This document shows, piece after piece, positions 33,614 through 45,900 of a DNA stretch of 64,000 bases (its first letter is position 1; each line of letters starts with the position of its first letter). Under the pieces are notes generated by a model. That model saw only the letters and a list, made by a program, of their open reading frames with translations. It was not told where the DNA came from and did no database searches. The DNA is from Naegleria gruberi (Eukaryota). The stretch lies in assembly GCA_000004985.1 (NCBI GenBank), contig GG738847.1. One strand, written 5' to 3'. The translations under genes and the position numbers were made by a program.

Positions 33614-35713
33614 ATGTCCAGTGCAACTCCATCATACACTACTGGTCCGCAACAACAACAACAACAAGAAGACTATATTTTAGAATCCACTTCAGAGGAG
33701 ATTGAGTTGATAGAAGAAGAATGGGAATTTAATGCTCCAAAATACTTTGACTTTGATAAACTCTCTAGAAAAGCCTTTACTCATCAATCTAAGCCTCCGC
33801 ATCATCATCATCAACATGAACAAGATGAAGAATTAAATCATAGTAATGCTGATCAATGGTTCTTTACTCCTGATGCTCAACATTTAGAATTTCTCGATCC
33901 AAAATATATTGATATTAATAATCAGGCTGATACTAATAATCAACAACAAATGATGATGATGAATAATTATGATAATATTGTTGATATTAGTACCATTTCA
34001 AAATATAGTGTTCATCAAGAGTCATTGGGATCATCTACTAATCAACAACAACAATACAATGCAACTACTAATTCAACTCTAGGTACAATTAATGCATTCA
34101 ATTCTATTAGAATGACACCTGTTAAGAAAGTTAAAAGGAAAGTGTTGGCTAAATTGACCATTCCTCAAACTCCAAATTTTAAAACTGAAAAGAGAATTAG
34201 ACAACGAAATAATCAATCTAGTAATCAATCTAATAATCAATCACAACAACAATCATCTATTATGAAAGGTGGTAAAATTAATTTAACAATTGTAAAATCC
34301 TCAAGACCATCCACTGATTTGAAAACCTTAAAAGTACAAGATAGAGATGATAATATTACTAAATTTAAATCTGTTACTAAAATAGCAAATACTACAACAC
34401 CTAAACCATTCAAATTCAGAACTGATAGTAGAGTATTAGATACAGATAGAAGTACAGCAATGGTAGCAGGTGGACATTCACCATTCAATAAGAGTATACT
34501 TCAAAAGATTAATGATATGAGAAATCAAATACCATCAAGATGGAAACAAACTCCAGATATGGTTACTCCACATAAACCAATGAAGATTACAAAACCAAAT
34601 TCTTTCAAATTGAGAACTAAATTTAGAAGTCGTACTAATACTACAATGATGACACAAAATGCACAATTGACTACAGCAACATTCAAGGCTAGACCACTTA
34701 ATAGAAAGATATTTGAAAGTCATGGTGAATTAGGATTATCAAAGATTATGAAGAAGGATATTACACATCCACAAGAATTTAATTTAATGACTGAAGAGAG
34801 AAGTAAGAAGAGAAAATTTGATCAATCAAAATTAGAAGAATCGACAAATATCACTACTCAACAACCTCAACAACAATCAAGCGATTTTACAAGACCATTC
34901 AAGGCTAGAAAATTAGATAATATTCTATCTGGTAGTTATATGGTACAATCATCTAAAATTATTTCAAAATCAACAACCATTCCAGAATCCCCAAAATTAT
35001 TAACAAAATCCAGAGCAGGTAATAGGTCTATTTTATTACATAATCATCACCAACACTCTGAAACTAATACTTCCAATTCTTCACAACATTCAAATGTAAC
35101 ATTTAGAGCTAGACCATTACCTACAACTCAACCATTCATTCCCAAAATTACTCATACCATAACAGTTCCACAACCATTTTCACTTGAAACAGAAAATAGA
35201 GGAACCATTCATAAGAAACAATTAGATTCTAAATTGAATGAAAAAGATGAAAAGGAAAATACATTACGAGTATTTAAAGCTAGACCAATTCATCACTATA
35301 CAAATGTAGATACATCAAAGATTTTACACAAACCAGTTACTGTACCAGTTTCACCAAATATTACAAAAGTTAAATCATCATTTAAAGATTCAATTCTTTC
35401 CTCAGCATCTGTAGCATCGTCGTGTGTAGCATCAACCATTATTGGACCAAAATTACCACACTCTTTCAAGGCAAGACCAATGCCAGATTTTAATTCATCA
35501 ACACTCAAGAGTTCTATTACTACTACAAATAATCATAGAAATGTACCAATGGAACCATTTAATCTTGCAACTGAAAAGAGAGGACAAGTTTATCAATCAA
35601 AATTCAAAGCATCTGTTCAGTCAATAGAAAGAGTTTCAATTTCTAAAATAGATGATGGTACTTTTACAAGTGTTACTAAACGAGTTTACAATTCAATTCA
35701 AAACTTACGTTAA
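33614..35713 (+). CDS. tpx2: TPX2-family microtubule-associated protein with a repeated FKARPLNRKIFE / FKARP...PF.F.TE.RG C-terminal TPX2 motif.
   Basis: Four to five FKARP/FRARP repeats, with PFSLETENRG and PFNLATEKRG typical of the TPX2 C-terminal domain. The ATG is at 33614. Confidence 0.7.
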   Translation: MSSATPSYTTGPQQQQQQEDYILESTSEEIELIEEEWEFNAPKYFDFDKLSRKAFTHQSKPPHHHHQHEQDEELNHSNADQWFFTPDAQHLEFLDPKYIDINNQADTNNQQQMMMMNNYDNIVDISTISKYSVHQESLGSSTNQQQQYNATTNSTLGTINAFNSIRMTPVKKVKRKVLAKLTIPQTPNFKTEKRIRQRNNQSSNQSNNQSQQQSSIMKGGKINLTIVKSSRPSTDLKTLKVQDRDDNITKFKSVTKIANTTTPKPFKFRTDSRVLDTDRSTAMVAGGHSPFNKSILQKINDMRNQIPSRWKQTPDMVTPHKPMKITKPNSFKLRTKFRSRTNTTMMTQNAQLTTATFKARPLNRKIFESHGELGLSKIMKKDITHPQEFNLMTEERSKKRKFDQSKLEESTNITTQQPQQQSSDFTRPFKARKLDNILSGSYMVQSSKIISKSTTIPESPKLLTKSRAGNRSILLHNHHQHSETNTSNSSQHSNVTFRARPLPTTQPFIPKITHTITVPQPFSLETENRGTIHKKQLDSKLNEKDEKENTLRVFKARPIHHYTNVDTSKILHKPVTVPVSPNITKVKSSFKDSILSSASVASSCVASTIIGPKLPHSFKARPMPDFNSSTLKSSITTTNNHRNVPMEPFNLATEKRGQVYQSKFKASVQSIERVSISKIDDGTFTSVTKRVYNSIQNLR

Positions 35714-35845
35714 AATATTACAAAGATAATAACATGTATTTGGAACAGATTTTGTGTAAAATTCTGTTAACAATTATATGATAAAGATTATTAAAATATT
35801 ATTTAATTATTACTAATATTATTTATTATTGTTTAAAGTAACCAA

Positions 35846-36874
35846 TCAATCAAAACGATAACGATTTACTAGTTTCATTTGATTAATATTTAAAGCACCC
35901 TGAGTTCCAATATTATTCAAGCTAATATCAAGATTTGTTAATTGTTTCATTTCACTAACGAAAAAGGATCCCAAAGCTTGTAAATCATTTCTACTAATAT
36001 CAAGATTTGTTAACTGTTTCAATGCTAAAAGATACATAGCACCAAAAGTAATTCTATTTTTGGCAATATTAAGAATTTTTAACTGAGACAATTTACCAAT
36101 ACATTTAGCACCGTTATCTTTAATTCGATTATTTTCAATATTAAGATTTGTTAATTGTTTCAATTCACTAATATGTTCAGCTCCATCACTACCAATGTTA
36201 TTTTCACAAATATTTAATATTGTTAAATGTGGTAATTTACTAATATAGTAAGCACCTTCAGATCCAATAAAATTAGAACTAATATTAAGATTAGTTAATT
36301 GAATCATTTTACTTATACTTTCAGCACCACTAACACGAATATTGTTTTTGTAAACTCCTAAATATTGCAATTCTTTCAATTGATTAATATAATCCAATGC
36401 TTTCTCGTCAAATTTCAAATTAGAATATAAAGAAATATGTTTTAACTTTTGTAAACGAGTTAAATATTTGGCACTTTCTAAATTAATTCTATTATAATCT
36501 ATTTTAAGTAGTGTTAATTGTTTCATATTATCACAAATAAATTGTAAATTATTAATATCAATATCATTACAACGACTATTATTATTTACTATTAAAGTAG
36601 TAATATTCTGTGATAATTGCTGAGGTAGTGATTGCTGAGTTTTCTTTAAACTAAAACATGTAAATGAAAAATTTCTTATTCTTTCCATAATAATATTAAA
36701 CCATTGTTTTGAGACTAATAAACCTGTTTTCATTAAAAAGTGAAAATCACTATGAAAAGATAAAATTTCATAAACAATATCATTGTACAACTGAACTTCT
36801 TGCTTCTTATTTACTCTAGATGGAACCAACTTCTTGTTCTTTTCATTATTAAGAATAGTATACTTATTATTCAT
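35846..36874 (-). CDS. F-box-like / RNI-type leucine-rich repeat protein with repeated LTNLNIxxNxIGxxGA units.
   Basis: 348-aa ORF. The true ATG is at about 36872-36874. About 8 RNI-like LRRs. Confidence 0.6.
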   Translation of the reverse strand: MNNKYTILNNEKNKKLVPSRVNKKQEVQLYNDIVYEILSFHSDFHFLMKTGLLVSKQWFNIIMERIRNFSFTCFSLKKTQQSLPQQLSQNITTLIVNNNSRCNDIDINNLQFICDNMKQLTLLKIDYNRINLESAKYLTRLQKLKHISLYSNLKFDEKALDYINQLKELQYLGVYKNNIRVSGAESISKMIQLTNLNISSNFIGSEGAYYISKLPHLTILNICENNIGSDGAEHISELKQLTNLNIENNRIKDNGAKCIGKLSQLKILNIAKNRITFGAMYLLALKQLTNLDISRNDLQALGSFFVSEMKQLTNLDISLNNIGTQGALNINQMKLVNRYRFD

Positions 36875-37082
36875 GTTTATTAAGCTGTTCAATAACTTGT
36901 TCGGCTGTTAGAGTTTCACCTTTTTTTTAATAATAAATTTATTTTTAAAAAAGTTAGAAATATTTTAATGGATGCAATTTTGTTTGGAGGTTTGTTAAAA
37001 AGAGCAGCAGCAACATCCATGGATGGAAAATTGTATTAATTATTATATAAATTTATAATAGTATTTTTAAATATTTTACAAT

Positions 37083-38573
37083 TTAATCTAATAAATCTTG
37101 AACAGTTTCTAAAATGAAAGGTGAATCATGTTTTAAATCCATTCTCTTGGTTGGAATTTTAAATGGTAAATTTAATTTACAATATTTATCTAAATTTTCA
37201 TTATTTACTTCCTTTTCTTGTGAATTATTTTCTAAATTATTTTCTGAATTAAAATTATTTAATTTAAAAATAACTCCAAGTTCATAATTTGAAATATATA
37301 ATTGTGTTCCATTTTTTTGTAATTTACCCAAAGCAGGTTGACTCAAATTGTGACTTCCAACAAAAATATAACCATTTTTTAAATTTTCCAAATGTAGTAA
37401 TATTTTAGAGTGTGCTAAATGATTTGCCTGATTTGGTGAGTAGTGTGTCATTAAATGTTTTGGAAATGTTGAAGTTTCAAATGTTTTACTTTTTAAATGT
37501 ATCATTCCACCACATCTAAGTCCAAAATGACTTGAAGATACACTTTCCAAACTAGGAAATACTATATTAAAATTATTACAATCTTTTAAATAAAAACTTG
37601 AACTTAATTCTTTAATCCAATCTAAATTCATTGATCCAATACTTGACATTTGATAATATAATGGTGATTGTTTTAAATTTAATATTTCATTTTTAGTAAA
37701 ATTCATTCTTTCAATTGCTTTTTTAATTGCTAAATGTCCATATTTATCTTTTTCTATATTTGTATGATATCCAGGAATTGAAGGTATTAATTCACCTTTA
37801 GCATTTGAATAATCATATTTTCTCAAAAAATTACCTGGAATACCATCTGTTAATTTTGTCCAAAATTCAACAAGTGTATTTTCAAATTGATTTGTATTAT
37901 TATTAGATATATTTTCCTTTTTAGGAAAGTCTTGTATCCAAATACATTGTTTAAAAAAGCTCCAATCAAAGTCAGTTAAATTAGCAGATGAAACAACAAT
38001 TCTAATAAAATCATCAAATTCGATAATAAATAATTTAGCATGCATATTAGAATAAGCACCTAATAAAGAAGGATGACAAACACAAACAGGACATGATCCT
38101 ATTTTTAGAAATTCCTTTCCTTTTTTTTCTTCTTTTTGATTCCAATGTTTTGAAATAGTAATTGGTAATTCAAATTTAGTAAATGGAATGATTGTTTTTA
38201 AAAAATCAAAATCTAAACAATAACTTGATAAAAATAAACTTTTAGCCTTTTCAATATTTAATATTTCTTTTAGAGTAATTAAATTTCTAGAATTATTAGA
38301 ATCATTAACTAGTTTGTTAAAATAAATTTCATTTCCATTATATTTTAATGATTTACTTGATGATGAATTATTTGAAATATTGTTACTATTTGATGTGGTA
38401 TTGGTTGATTGTTTGGTTGATGATTTGGATGAAGATGTAATAGAAGAGGAATTTGATTGTTGTTGTTTTTTATCGGATGATGGTTTTGATTTTTTATAGG
38501 ATACTAATTGAATTGCTTCATCATCACTACTTTCTTCATCACTACTGATAATGTAGACTGCTGATCTTTTCAT
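37083..38573 (-). CDS. tdp1: Tyrosyl-DNA phosphodiesterase 1 (TDP1), PLD superfamily, with two HKN motifs (HAKLFIIEF...SSANLT and HSKILLHL...GSHNLSQPALG).
   Basis: Both catalytic HxK(x)n N motifs are present at the expected spacing. 496 aa, single exon. Confidence 0.85.
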   Translation of the reverse strand: MKRSAVYIISSDEESSDDEAIQLVSYKKSKPSSDKKQQQSNSSSITSSSKSSTKQSTNTTSNSNNISNNSSSSKSLKYNGNEIYFNKLVNDSNNSRNLITLKEILNIEKAKSLFLSSYCLDFDFLKTIIPFTKFELPITISKHWNQKEEKKGKEFLKIGSCPVCVCHPSLLGAYSNMHAKLFIIEFDDFIRIVVSSANLTDFDWSFFKQCIWIQDFPKKENISNNNTNQFENTLVEFWTKLTDGIPGNFLRKYDYSNAKGELIPSIPGYHTNIEKDKYGHLAIKKAIERMNFTKNEILNLKQSPLYYQMSSIGSMNLDWIKELSSSFYLKDCNNFNIVFPSLESVSSSHFGLRCGGMIHLKSKTFETSTFPKHLMTHYSPNQANHLAHSKILLHLENLKNGYIFVGSHNLSQPALGKLQKNGTQLYISNYELGVIFKLNNFNSENNLENNSQEKEVNNENLDKYCKLNLPFKIPTKRMDLKHDSPFILETVQDLLD

Positions 38574-38586
38574 ATTTTTTAATTTA

Positions 38587-38596
38587 TTGGCGCCAA
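38587..38596. promoter_or_regulatory. Palindromic E2F-type site TTGGCGCCAA in the TDP1 promoter, which is the SMC1 3' intergenic region.
   Basis: TTTGGCGC consensus on both strands. Confidence 0.35.
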
Positions 38597-38679
38597 ACTT
38601 TTTTGAAGTTCGAGTAAAATTTCGAATTGACTTGCATAATAAAAATTTTTAAGTTTTTGAATAGTAATTTTACAAATAA

Positions 38680-41600
38680 TTATTCTTCTACTTCTGGTTC
38701 ATCTTGTTGTTCATCATATTGAGACAAATCTATTGTTAAAGTCTTTGAGGACTTGGTACTAATATCTCTCATAATACCAACCAAAGACTTGGCATCAGTG
38801 TAAAAGTTTTCTTTCAATGAAATGATAATAAATTGACACTTCAAATCAGTTAGACCATTCACAGAACGTTTGATATAATTGGCAACCTTATTAACGTTAA
38901 CATTGTCGAGAGCAGCATCAACTTCATCAAGAATGTAGAATGGAGATGGATTATATTTGTGAACAGAGAAAAGTAAAGCAAGAGCAGCAACAGTCTTTTC
39001 ACCACCACTCAATTGTGCCATATCTCTGTAACGTTTAAGAGGTGGCATGGCATTAAACTTAATTCCGTGCAAGTATGGCTCATCAGTATCTTCCAATAAC
39101 AAATAGGCTGTACCACCAGGTGTCTTGTCAGATTTTGTCAAGTCTTTGTAAATACTATCAATGGATTGAGAAATTCTATCATAAGCTTTCATGAAGGCTT
39201 CCTTTCTCTTCTTCTTGACTTCTTCAAAATCTTTCTTAATCTTAGTTGTATCTTGTCTAGTTTGCTTATATTCTTCGAGGGTATCTTTGTATTTCTTAGA
39301 AATGGCATCATATTTACCAACAATGGCTGTAGTTGGAGCTAATCTTTCAATTTCTTCTTGAAGTTCAAGCAATTTGTTTTCAAAGTCCTTTTCAATGGCT
39401 TCATATTCCTTGATATCTTTGAGATTTCTCTTTTCCTTTTCAATGCTAGAGAAATCGAGAGTGACAAATTCTTGAGAGAGGGATGATGTTTCTTCTTGTG
39501 TTTGAGAAATTGGGAAAGACTCACTGAATCTGAGTTCTCCTTGAACTTCTTCTCCTTCTGAGTATTTTCTCTTCTTTTTAGATTTACCTGCAGATTTACT
39601 TTGCTTTCTCTTCTTTCCGTCTTCTTCTTCGGATTCTTCTTCAGATTCCTCTTCAGACTCTTGAGTTGAACTTAGTTTACCCTTGATGGATGGCAATTCA
39701 ATTTCTTCTAATTTACATTTCATGAACATTTCTTGTCTCCTATTTCTGAGTTGTTCAATTTGATTTTCCTTAGCTGTGATTTGTTTAGCCAACTTGATGA
39801 GTTCATCATAAACAGATTGTAAAATCTTCTTCAATTCATTCATTTCAGTTGTCTTGTCATCTACTGAAGATTGTGACGATTTCATTTCTTCAAGTGCTTT
39901 CTTAAAGTCTTTCTCGATAGAAATTAATTCAGTTTCAAGTTTCTTGCACTTATCCTTCTTTTCACTCAAGGTCTTTTCTTCCTTTTCAACATCCTTTTCT
40001 AATCTATCGAGTGATGTTGTAATATCTCTCTTCTTGATCAATTCTAGTTGATTGGTAAGTCTTGAAATCATAGTTTCGAATCTAGATCTTTCCTTATCAG
40101 CATGTTCTTCAGCCTTCTTCTTCTTATTTTCATAATCTCTAATATTCTTAACACCAAGCTTCTTAGATAAATCAGCAAAGATACCTTCTTCAATTTCAGC
40201 AATTTCACCTTCAATCTTTTCAATTCTGCTATCAAGTGATGAAATCTTAGTGCTTAAAGTGTTAATTGTTGGTTCTTCGGCCTTGATTTCCTTTTCAATA
40301 TCTCTCAATTCAGAATCAACATCAGCAATCTTCTTCTTTGTAAAGTCGACATCAGTTCTGACAACAAGTTTACCTTCAAGTTGTTTGATTTCAATTTCAA
40401 GTCTTGACAAAGTAGCACTATCAGAGGCTTCTTCTCTTGTAAGATTTTGAACATCTGAAACAAGCTTATCTCTGTCATTCTTAAGCTTTTCAATATCACT
40501 TTCCTTAAATCTGGAAGTTCTTGTTCTGACATCAGCCAAACCACCTGTAACCATACCTGATTTGCTAATAACAGTACCATCAACGGTAACACCTTTAACT
40601 TTGAAACCTAAACCTGCATCATCATCAAAACAAATTGATGTTGCTTCATCATATGTATCACAAACGATAGTGTTGCCAAGAGCATACTTAAATATCTTAT
40701 CAACCTTATCTTCATATGTGATAACATCAGTAACAAGTTTAGCACTAGAGTTTGGAATCTTTCTCAACTTTTCATTGACCTTCTTAGCTTTGACAGAATC
40801 AATTGGAATGAAAGTACAACTTCCAAGTCTTTGTTCTTTCAAATACTTGATACATTCTAAAGCTGTCTTTTCAGTTTCACAAACAATCGAATTCAAATGT
40901 TTACCAAGTGCAACATTAACAGCAACATTGTACTTTTCACGGGTGATTGTGAATAAATCACCAACTTTACCTAGAACACCTGGGAATAAACGTTTCATAC
41001 CTTCGAGTGCTTCCTTGAATCTTAATTCTCTTTCACTGTCTCTCTTTTCAACTCTAGCTTCTTTCAACTTATCTCTAATTTGATGTAATTCGTCTTCGGA
41101 TTTTTGCTTTTTTCTAGCCTTTTCAGTAGTTGACTTGGTGAGTTCATCCTTCTTTCTATTCTTCTCATCTAATTCAGTTTCTAAAGCTTGCAAAGATTCT
41201 TCCAACTTTTCAAGTCTCTTTTGGTTGGTCTTCTTTTGATCATCAAGTTGCTTTTTTCTTTCTTCGAATTGTTCAACTTTTTGAAGTACAGTTTTTTGAG
41301 ATTCAAAGAGAGTATTCTTTTCACCAGTGAGTGTTGAAAGTTCTTGTCTCAAACTCACAGTTTCTTCACTAGCTTGAACTTTACGTTTGTTATATTCCTC
41401 AAGATCAGCACCAGAAATTTTAATTTCTTCGGAACTTTCTTCTTTTAACTTGGCTTCCATTTCATCTCTTTCTTGTTCTAGCTGCTTAATTTCATCTTCC
41501 AATTTTTCAACATCTTTAGTATGTTTGTCTAATTGATTCTTCTTTTTATCCATTGACTTGGAACGATTTTTAAGACTATTCTCCAAATGGTTAATTTCAA

Positions 41601-42576
41601 CTTTCAATGATGCCAAAGATTCTCTCTTCTTTGTGACATCATCCTTTTGTCCTTTAACTTTGCTTGTAGCCAACAGGTTTTGTTTTTTCAATTTAGCCAT
41701 TTCCTTTTTCTTTTCATTGATTTCTTCGTTGGTTGTGTCTTGCTTTGATGATAAGTGACTCTTTTCCTTGTTGAGACGGGTCAATTCAGATTTATATTTA
41801 CGAATATCCTTTTCAATATGATACAATTTCCACAAAACAAAGTTTGCTTGGAGTTCTGTATGTTCAGCTGTTGCATCATCAAATCTGTCAGCATCTTTCT
41901 TTTGATTTTTAAATTGAGTCTTTTCTGTACTAATACCCTTCTTCTTTTGGAAATTTGTAATCAACTTGTTATTTGATTGTTCATATTCTTCTTTTAGGCG
42001 ATCATATTCTTTCTTATATTCTTCAGATCCAGAAATTTGTTCAAATAATTTAGTTAATTCTTGTGGTGATTTAGAAGCAACATTTTCTACATCACCTTGA
42101 AAAACTAAAAAGTTTCTAGCCTTTGTTAAAATACCAAAGCTCTTCAATTTCTTTTCATAGTCTGCTGCTTGCACAACCTTCTTATTAATTTTATATTCTG
42201 TTTGACCTTGTGATGAAATAGTTCTTGTGAATTCTACTTCGGCTCCTTCCTCTTCTTCATCCTCTGGAGAAGTTTTAAAAACCAATTTAACATAGGCTGT
42301 TCTATTTTGTTGTGTAGCAAGACCGTCACCATTGAAAATCAATTGTTTTAAATGTGAAGAACGCAAATATGTTGCTCTGAGACCCATAACGAAACTGATG
42401 GCATCCATCAAGTTACTTTTACCACTACCATTTGGACCAATCACACAAGTAAAGTCATCAAAAGGACCAATGATTTGTCTTCCTTTGTATGATTTAAAGT
42501 TTTCTGCTTCAATTCTTACGATTTTGCCGTGATTAGTTGAATCGTTAGATTGTGATTGACTTGTTGTTTGGCTCAT
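38680..42576 (-). CDS. smc1: Structural maintenance of chromosomes protein SMC1 (cohesin ATPase), 1298 aa, single exon.
   Basis: N-terminus IEAENFKSYKGRQIIGPFDDFTCVIGPNGSGKSNLMDAISFVMG (SMC1 Walker A). C-terminus LSGGEKTVAALALLFSVH...ILDEVDAALD (signature motif and Walker B). Long coiled coils and a hinge between them. Confidence 0.9.
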   Translation of the reverse strand: MSQTTSQSQSNDSTNHGKIVRIEAENFKSYKGRQIIGPFDDFTCVIGPNGSGKSNLMDAISFVMGLRATYLRSSHLKQLIFNGDGLATQQNRTAYVKLVFKTSPEDEEEEGAEVEFTRTISSQGQTEYKINKKVVQAADYEKKLKSFGILTKARNFLVFQGDVENVASKSPQELTKLFEQISGSEEYKKEYDRLKEEYEQSNNKLITNFQKKKGISTEKTQFKNQKKDADRFDDATAEHTELQANFVLWKLYHIEKDIRKYKSELTRLNKEKSHLSSKQDTTNEEINEKKKEMAKLKKQNLLATSKVKGQKDDVTKKRESLASLKVEINHLENSLKNRSKSMDKKKNQLDKHTKDVEKLEDEIKQLEQERDEMEAKLKEESSEEIKISGADLEEYNKRKVQASEETVSLRQELSTLTGEKNTLFESQKTVLQKVEQFEERKKQLDDQKKTNQKRLEKLEESLQALETELDEKNRKKDELTKSTTEKARKKQKSEDELHQIRDKLKEARVEKRDSERELRFKEALEGMKRLFPGVLGKVGDLFTITREKYNVAVNVALGKHLNSIVCETEKTALECIKYLKEQRLGSCTFIPIDSVKAKKVNEKLRKIPNSSAKLVTDVITYEDKVDKIFKYALGNTIVCDTYDEATSICFDDDAGLGFKVKGVTVDGTVISKSGMVTGGLADVRTRTSRFKESDIEKLKNDRDKLVSDVQNLTREEASDSATLSRLEIEIKQLEGKLVVRTDVDFTKKKIADVDSELRDIEKEIKAEEPTINTLSTKISSLDSRIEKIEGEIAEIEEGIFADLSKKLGVKNIRDYENKKKKAEEHADKERSRFETMISRLTNQLELIKKRDITTSLDRLEKDVEKEEKTLSEKKDKCKKLETELISIEKDFKKALEEMKSSQSSVDDKTTEMNELKKILQSVYDELIKLAKQITAKENQIEQLRNRRQEMFMKCKLEEIELPSIKGKLSSTQESEEESEEESEEEDGKKRKQSKSAGKSKKKRKYSEGEEVQGELRFSESFPISQTQEETSSLSQEFVTLDFSSIEKEKRNLKDIKEYEAIEKDFENKLLELQEEIERLAPTTAIVGKYDAISKKYKDTLEEYKQTRQDTTKIKKDFEEVKKKRKEAFMKAYDRISQSIDSIYKDLTKSDKTPGGTAYLLLEDTDEPYLHGIKFNAMPPLKRYRDMAQLSGGEKTVAALALLFSVHKYNPSPFYILDEVDAALDNVNVNKVANYIKRSVNGLTDLKCQFIIISLKENFYTDAKSLVGIMRDISTKSSKTLTIDLSQYDEQQDEPEVEE

Positions 42577-42743
42577 TGTTTAATAAATAAATTAATTGTT
42601 GTTTGTTCGTCGATCTAGTAATGTTAATTATTTAGGCTGGTGATGATGTTAAAGCCTTTTGATGAAATCGACTAATTCTTAGGGTGATACACTTTATCAG
42701 TGATCGTTTTTGAATATTTTTTTTTGTGATTATTTTTCTTCTT

Positions 42744-42773
42744 GGCGCGAAATGCTGTGAATTTGGCGGGAAA
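42744..42773. promoter_or_regulatory. Tandem E2F-type sites (GGCGCGAAA and TTTGGCGGGAAA) in the divergent SMC1/Sfi1-like promoter. A third site, cTTGGCGC, is at 42908-42915.
   Basis: Canonical TTTSSCGC motifs. They lie between two divergently transcribed genes involved in chromosome segregation. Confidence 0.4.
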
Positions 42774-42949
42774 CTTTTCTATTATTTAAAAGAATTTTTA
42801 AATCTTAGAAATCATTTTGTTACTGTGAAGATATCCTTAAGTATTAGATAGAACAAGTTTATCAGTATTAGAATATTAATTCTGTTGTTGTATTTTATCA
42901 CACTAAACTTGGCGCTCTTCAAAATACAATTTAAATTTAGCCTTAAAAA

Positions 42950-45900
42950 ATGCTCAAACAACCAACAACAAAACCATTGGCTATTGTTGGGGTCAATAAT
43001 AATCAACAACAGAGAAGAGTTACACAGAGTAATTTACCTCAACGACAAGCTGTCTCTTCATCATCACGACCATCGACATCATCCCGAACACCACAACCAC
43101 CAACAAATTCAACTAGGAAAACCACATCAAACAATAATCATCAGACAAACAATAATAGACTTCGACAACAATCAGCACACAACGTTCATACAACATCTAA
43201 AAATTCTAAAATACCTGATAATAGAAGTTCTTCTAATGAACCTCTTATTAGATATCACAATTTGGATGATGAGGAACCGGAAACTTTGGATGAAGAGGAA
43301 GAAGATATTCAAACAGTATCTGTGATCCCTTCTTTTGGAAGAAATATATTTCATCAACAACGAGTTAATATCAATGGCGATTCAGTAATGAAAATTAGAT
43401 CACCAATAATACAAACCCCTGTAAATATTCCATCAACAGAACAAAAAGTAGTAATCAAACCACCAACAAAGTTGACTGATTCAATAAGTGCCCTCACTAA
43501 ACAATATAGAAAACTGGGCGATTTCCCATTTCAACCAACAATACAACCTGAAAAACAAGAAAGCTTTTCGGATGAGTGGTCAAGGAAAAAACAAGCTGCA
43601 TTAGAAAGGAGAAAAAACAAATCGAGGAATGAATATCTTGCAAGAAAAGTAGTTGATCATTGGAAATGGTTTGCAAGAAAAGGATTGGATGAAATTAAGG
43701 CCAAAAATAAGAGGAATATCGTTTTAATATTCAAAACATTTCAACATTGGAAAAGAAGAAAAGAGGAAAGAGATAATTTATGGAAAAAAGAATTTATTGT
43801 ACAAACAAGACAAAAGTTCACTTTGATGCAAACCTATTTCAATCAATGGTTGACTCAATTGGAAATATCGAGAGAAAGAGAAGAACTCTACACAGATAGA
43901 GCTTACAGTTTTTTGAAACGAAAATTGGAACACAAAGTGTTGAAATCTCTTAAATTATTTGTTCTGCAAAGAAAAGAAAGAAGAGAAATTATTGATATAG
44001 CTGATACTTTTGCAAATAGAAGAATCATTAAGGGCTCACTAAGAAAAATTAAGGAAGGTTAGTATATTTCAATTACAATAATAAGGACTAACATATGATA
44101 GTTAAAATAATGCAGGATAAGGACACAGCAGCTGATCATTTCTGGCAACATCAACTATTCATTAAAACAATAAGAAGTATTAAAATGTATATAGGAGAAG
44201 AAAATTACAACAAGGAATGTTTGGCACTGGAGTTTTTCAATAATAATCTGAAATCAAAATCACTGAAATCACTTGCCCTGTACTATAGAGCCAAAGAGCT
44301 CAAAAGAAAAACAATTGAACAGAATAATATGAAAGCTGATAATTTCTTCAAAGATCGTCACATTCAAGAATACTTTAAAGCTTTGCAAGATTTTTGGCAA
44401 AGTAGAAAACAAAAACAAATCAGAGAGCAAACCTCATTTACTTATTACAGAAATACTAATGTCAAGAATTTCTTTGGATATTGGAAAATGTGCAGTTCAA
44501 ATTCAATCCATTTCAAGGAGTTGGAGGTATGTTGATTATTAAGGAAATTGATTCAAATAACTTATTGCTTAGTCAATCATCCAAAAGAAGGAAAGAAAGG
44601 CTCTTTTAAAAGAGTTTTTTTCTCAATGGAAAGAAAAATTAAATGGGAAAAATCTCATGCTCAATATGGAATATGAAGCTAAACGATTTTATGACCACAG
44701 TATCAAATGCAGAGCCTTTATAAGTTTGAAAACTGTAAGTTGAACACCATGATATTTCTAATATCGATTAGTATAATAATTTTAGGCAAGAAAAAGAAGA
44801 ATCAAAAAACAAATCAATTAGTTTTAATTCGTTTTCAGTTGTGTATAAGGCATTCAGACATTGGAAGGTAAGTTGTTTGAAGAAGTTATTACTGATGAAA
44901 TAATTAGACAAAATTTGAATTAGAGAGAGATAAAACATCAGAAAAGAATAGGATTGTTGATAATTTGATTAGAACCAAAAACAAGCAACTTATACTGAAA
45001 GTAATAGCCAATCTAAAGTCTCATAAAAATAAGAAAAAGGCCAAACAAAATGAAGAAGATAAGAGAGTTATGGAACTACGAAAGATATTACAAAGAAAAA
45101 AGATGGAAAGAATTCTTAAATCATGGAAAGATTATCAAAATTACAGAACACAAAGAAGAGTTGATTATGAAAGAGCAGTTATGCACTATCAAAGAATTCA
45201 AAGAGAGAAATCAATGAAACAACTCTACGCATACATGTTATACAAGAGAAGGAAATATTGCCTCTATGAAAAAGCTGAAAAATTCACAATGAATCACTCA
45301 ATCAAGAACATATTTCAGTATTGGTTTGGAATAGTGGATGACAGATTGAATACTAAATGTAAAATCAAGAAGGCTGAGTTTACTTTCTCTAAACATTTAG
45401 CCAAGAAAACCCTTCGTTCCTTTAAGAATTATGTTTATTACAAAAGAGCCAAATCCAAGTTAGAAATTGAAGCTATGGAAAATAGAAAAGCACTCCTAAT
45501 GAGAAGAGGCATGATACAGTTAATGGAAAGTTCCTTTGAGGAAAAAACAAAACGAATGAACATGATTGAAAGGTTAAATCTTAAAAGTACTGCTGAAGAT
45601 CTGAAGAAAATTGAAAAATTTGCTAGGCATTGGCTTTATATTACAATAAGAAATGCTCACAAGAGAGGATCTGGTCTTTTTAGTGGATACAGAAGTTTGA
45701 CCATTCAAAACACCAAAGAAGAGGAACCATCCTCAAACAAATTTGATAGAGAACCTACAAGTCAACTAAAATATCCAAAAAGAAGAGCTTCTCCAAGAAG
45801 ACCATCAGATGTTGATCGTCTAAAGTTTAATGATTCAAATTCTGTTACAATGGCCCCACCATCAAGAGTCAAGTTTGAAAGTTTTCCTTCTCCTAGTGAG

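Noticed and set aside
39339-41976. Several 60-170-aa ORFs on the plus strand inside the SMC1 gene (39854.., 40250.., 40562.., 41558.., 41755..).
   Set aside because: They are antisense to a long, strongly supported coiled-coil CDS. Lys/Glu codon bias leaves the antisense frames open. No motifs.
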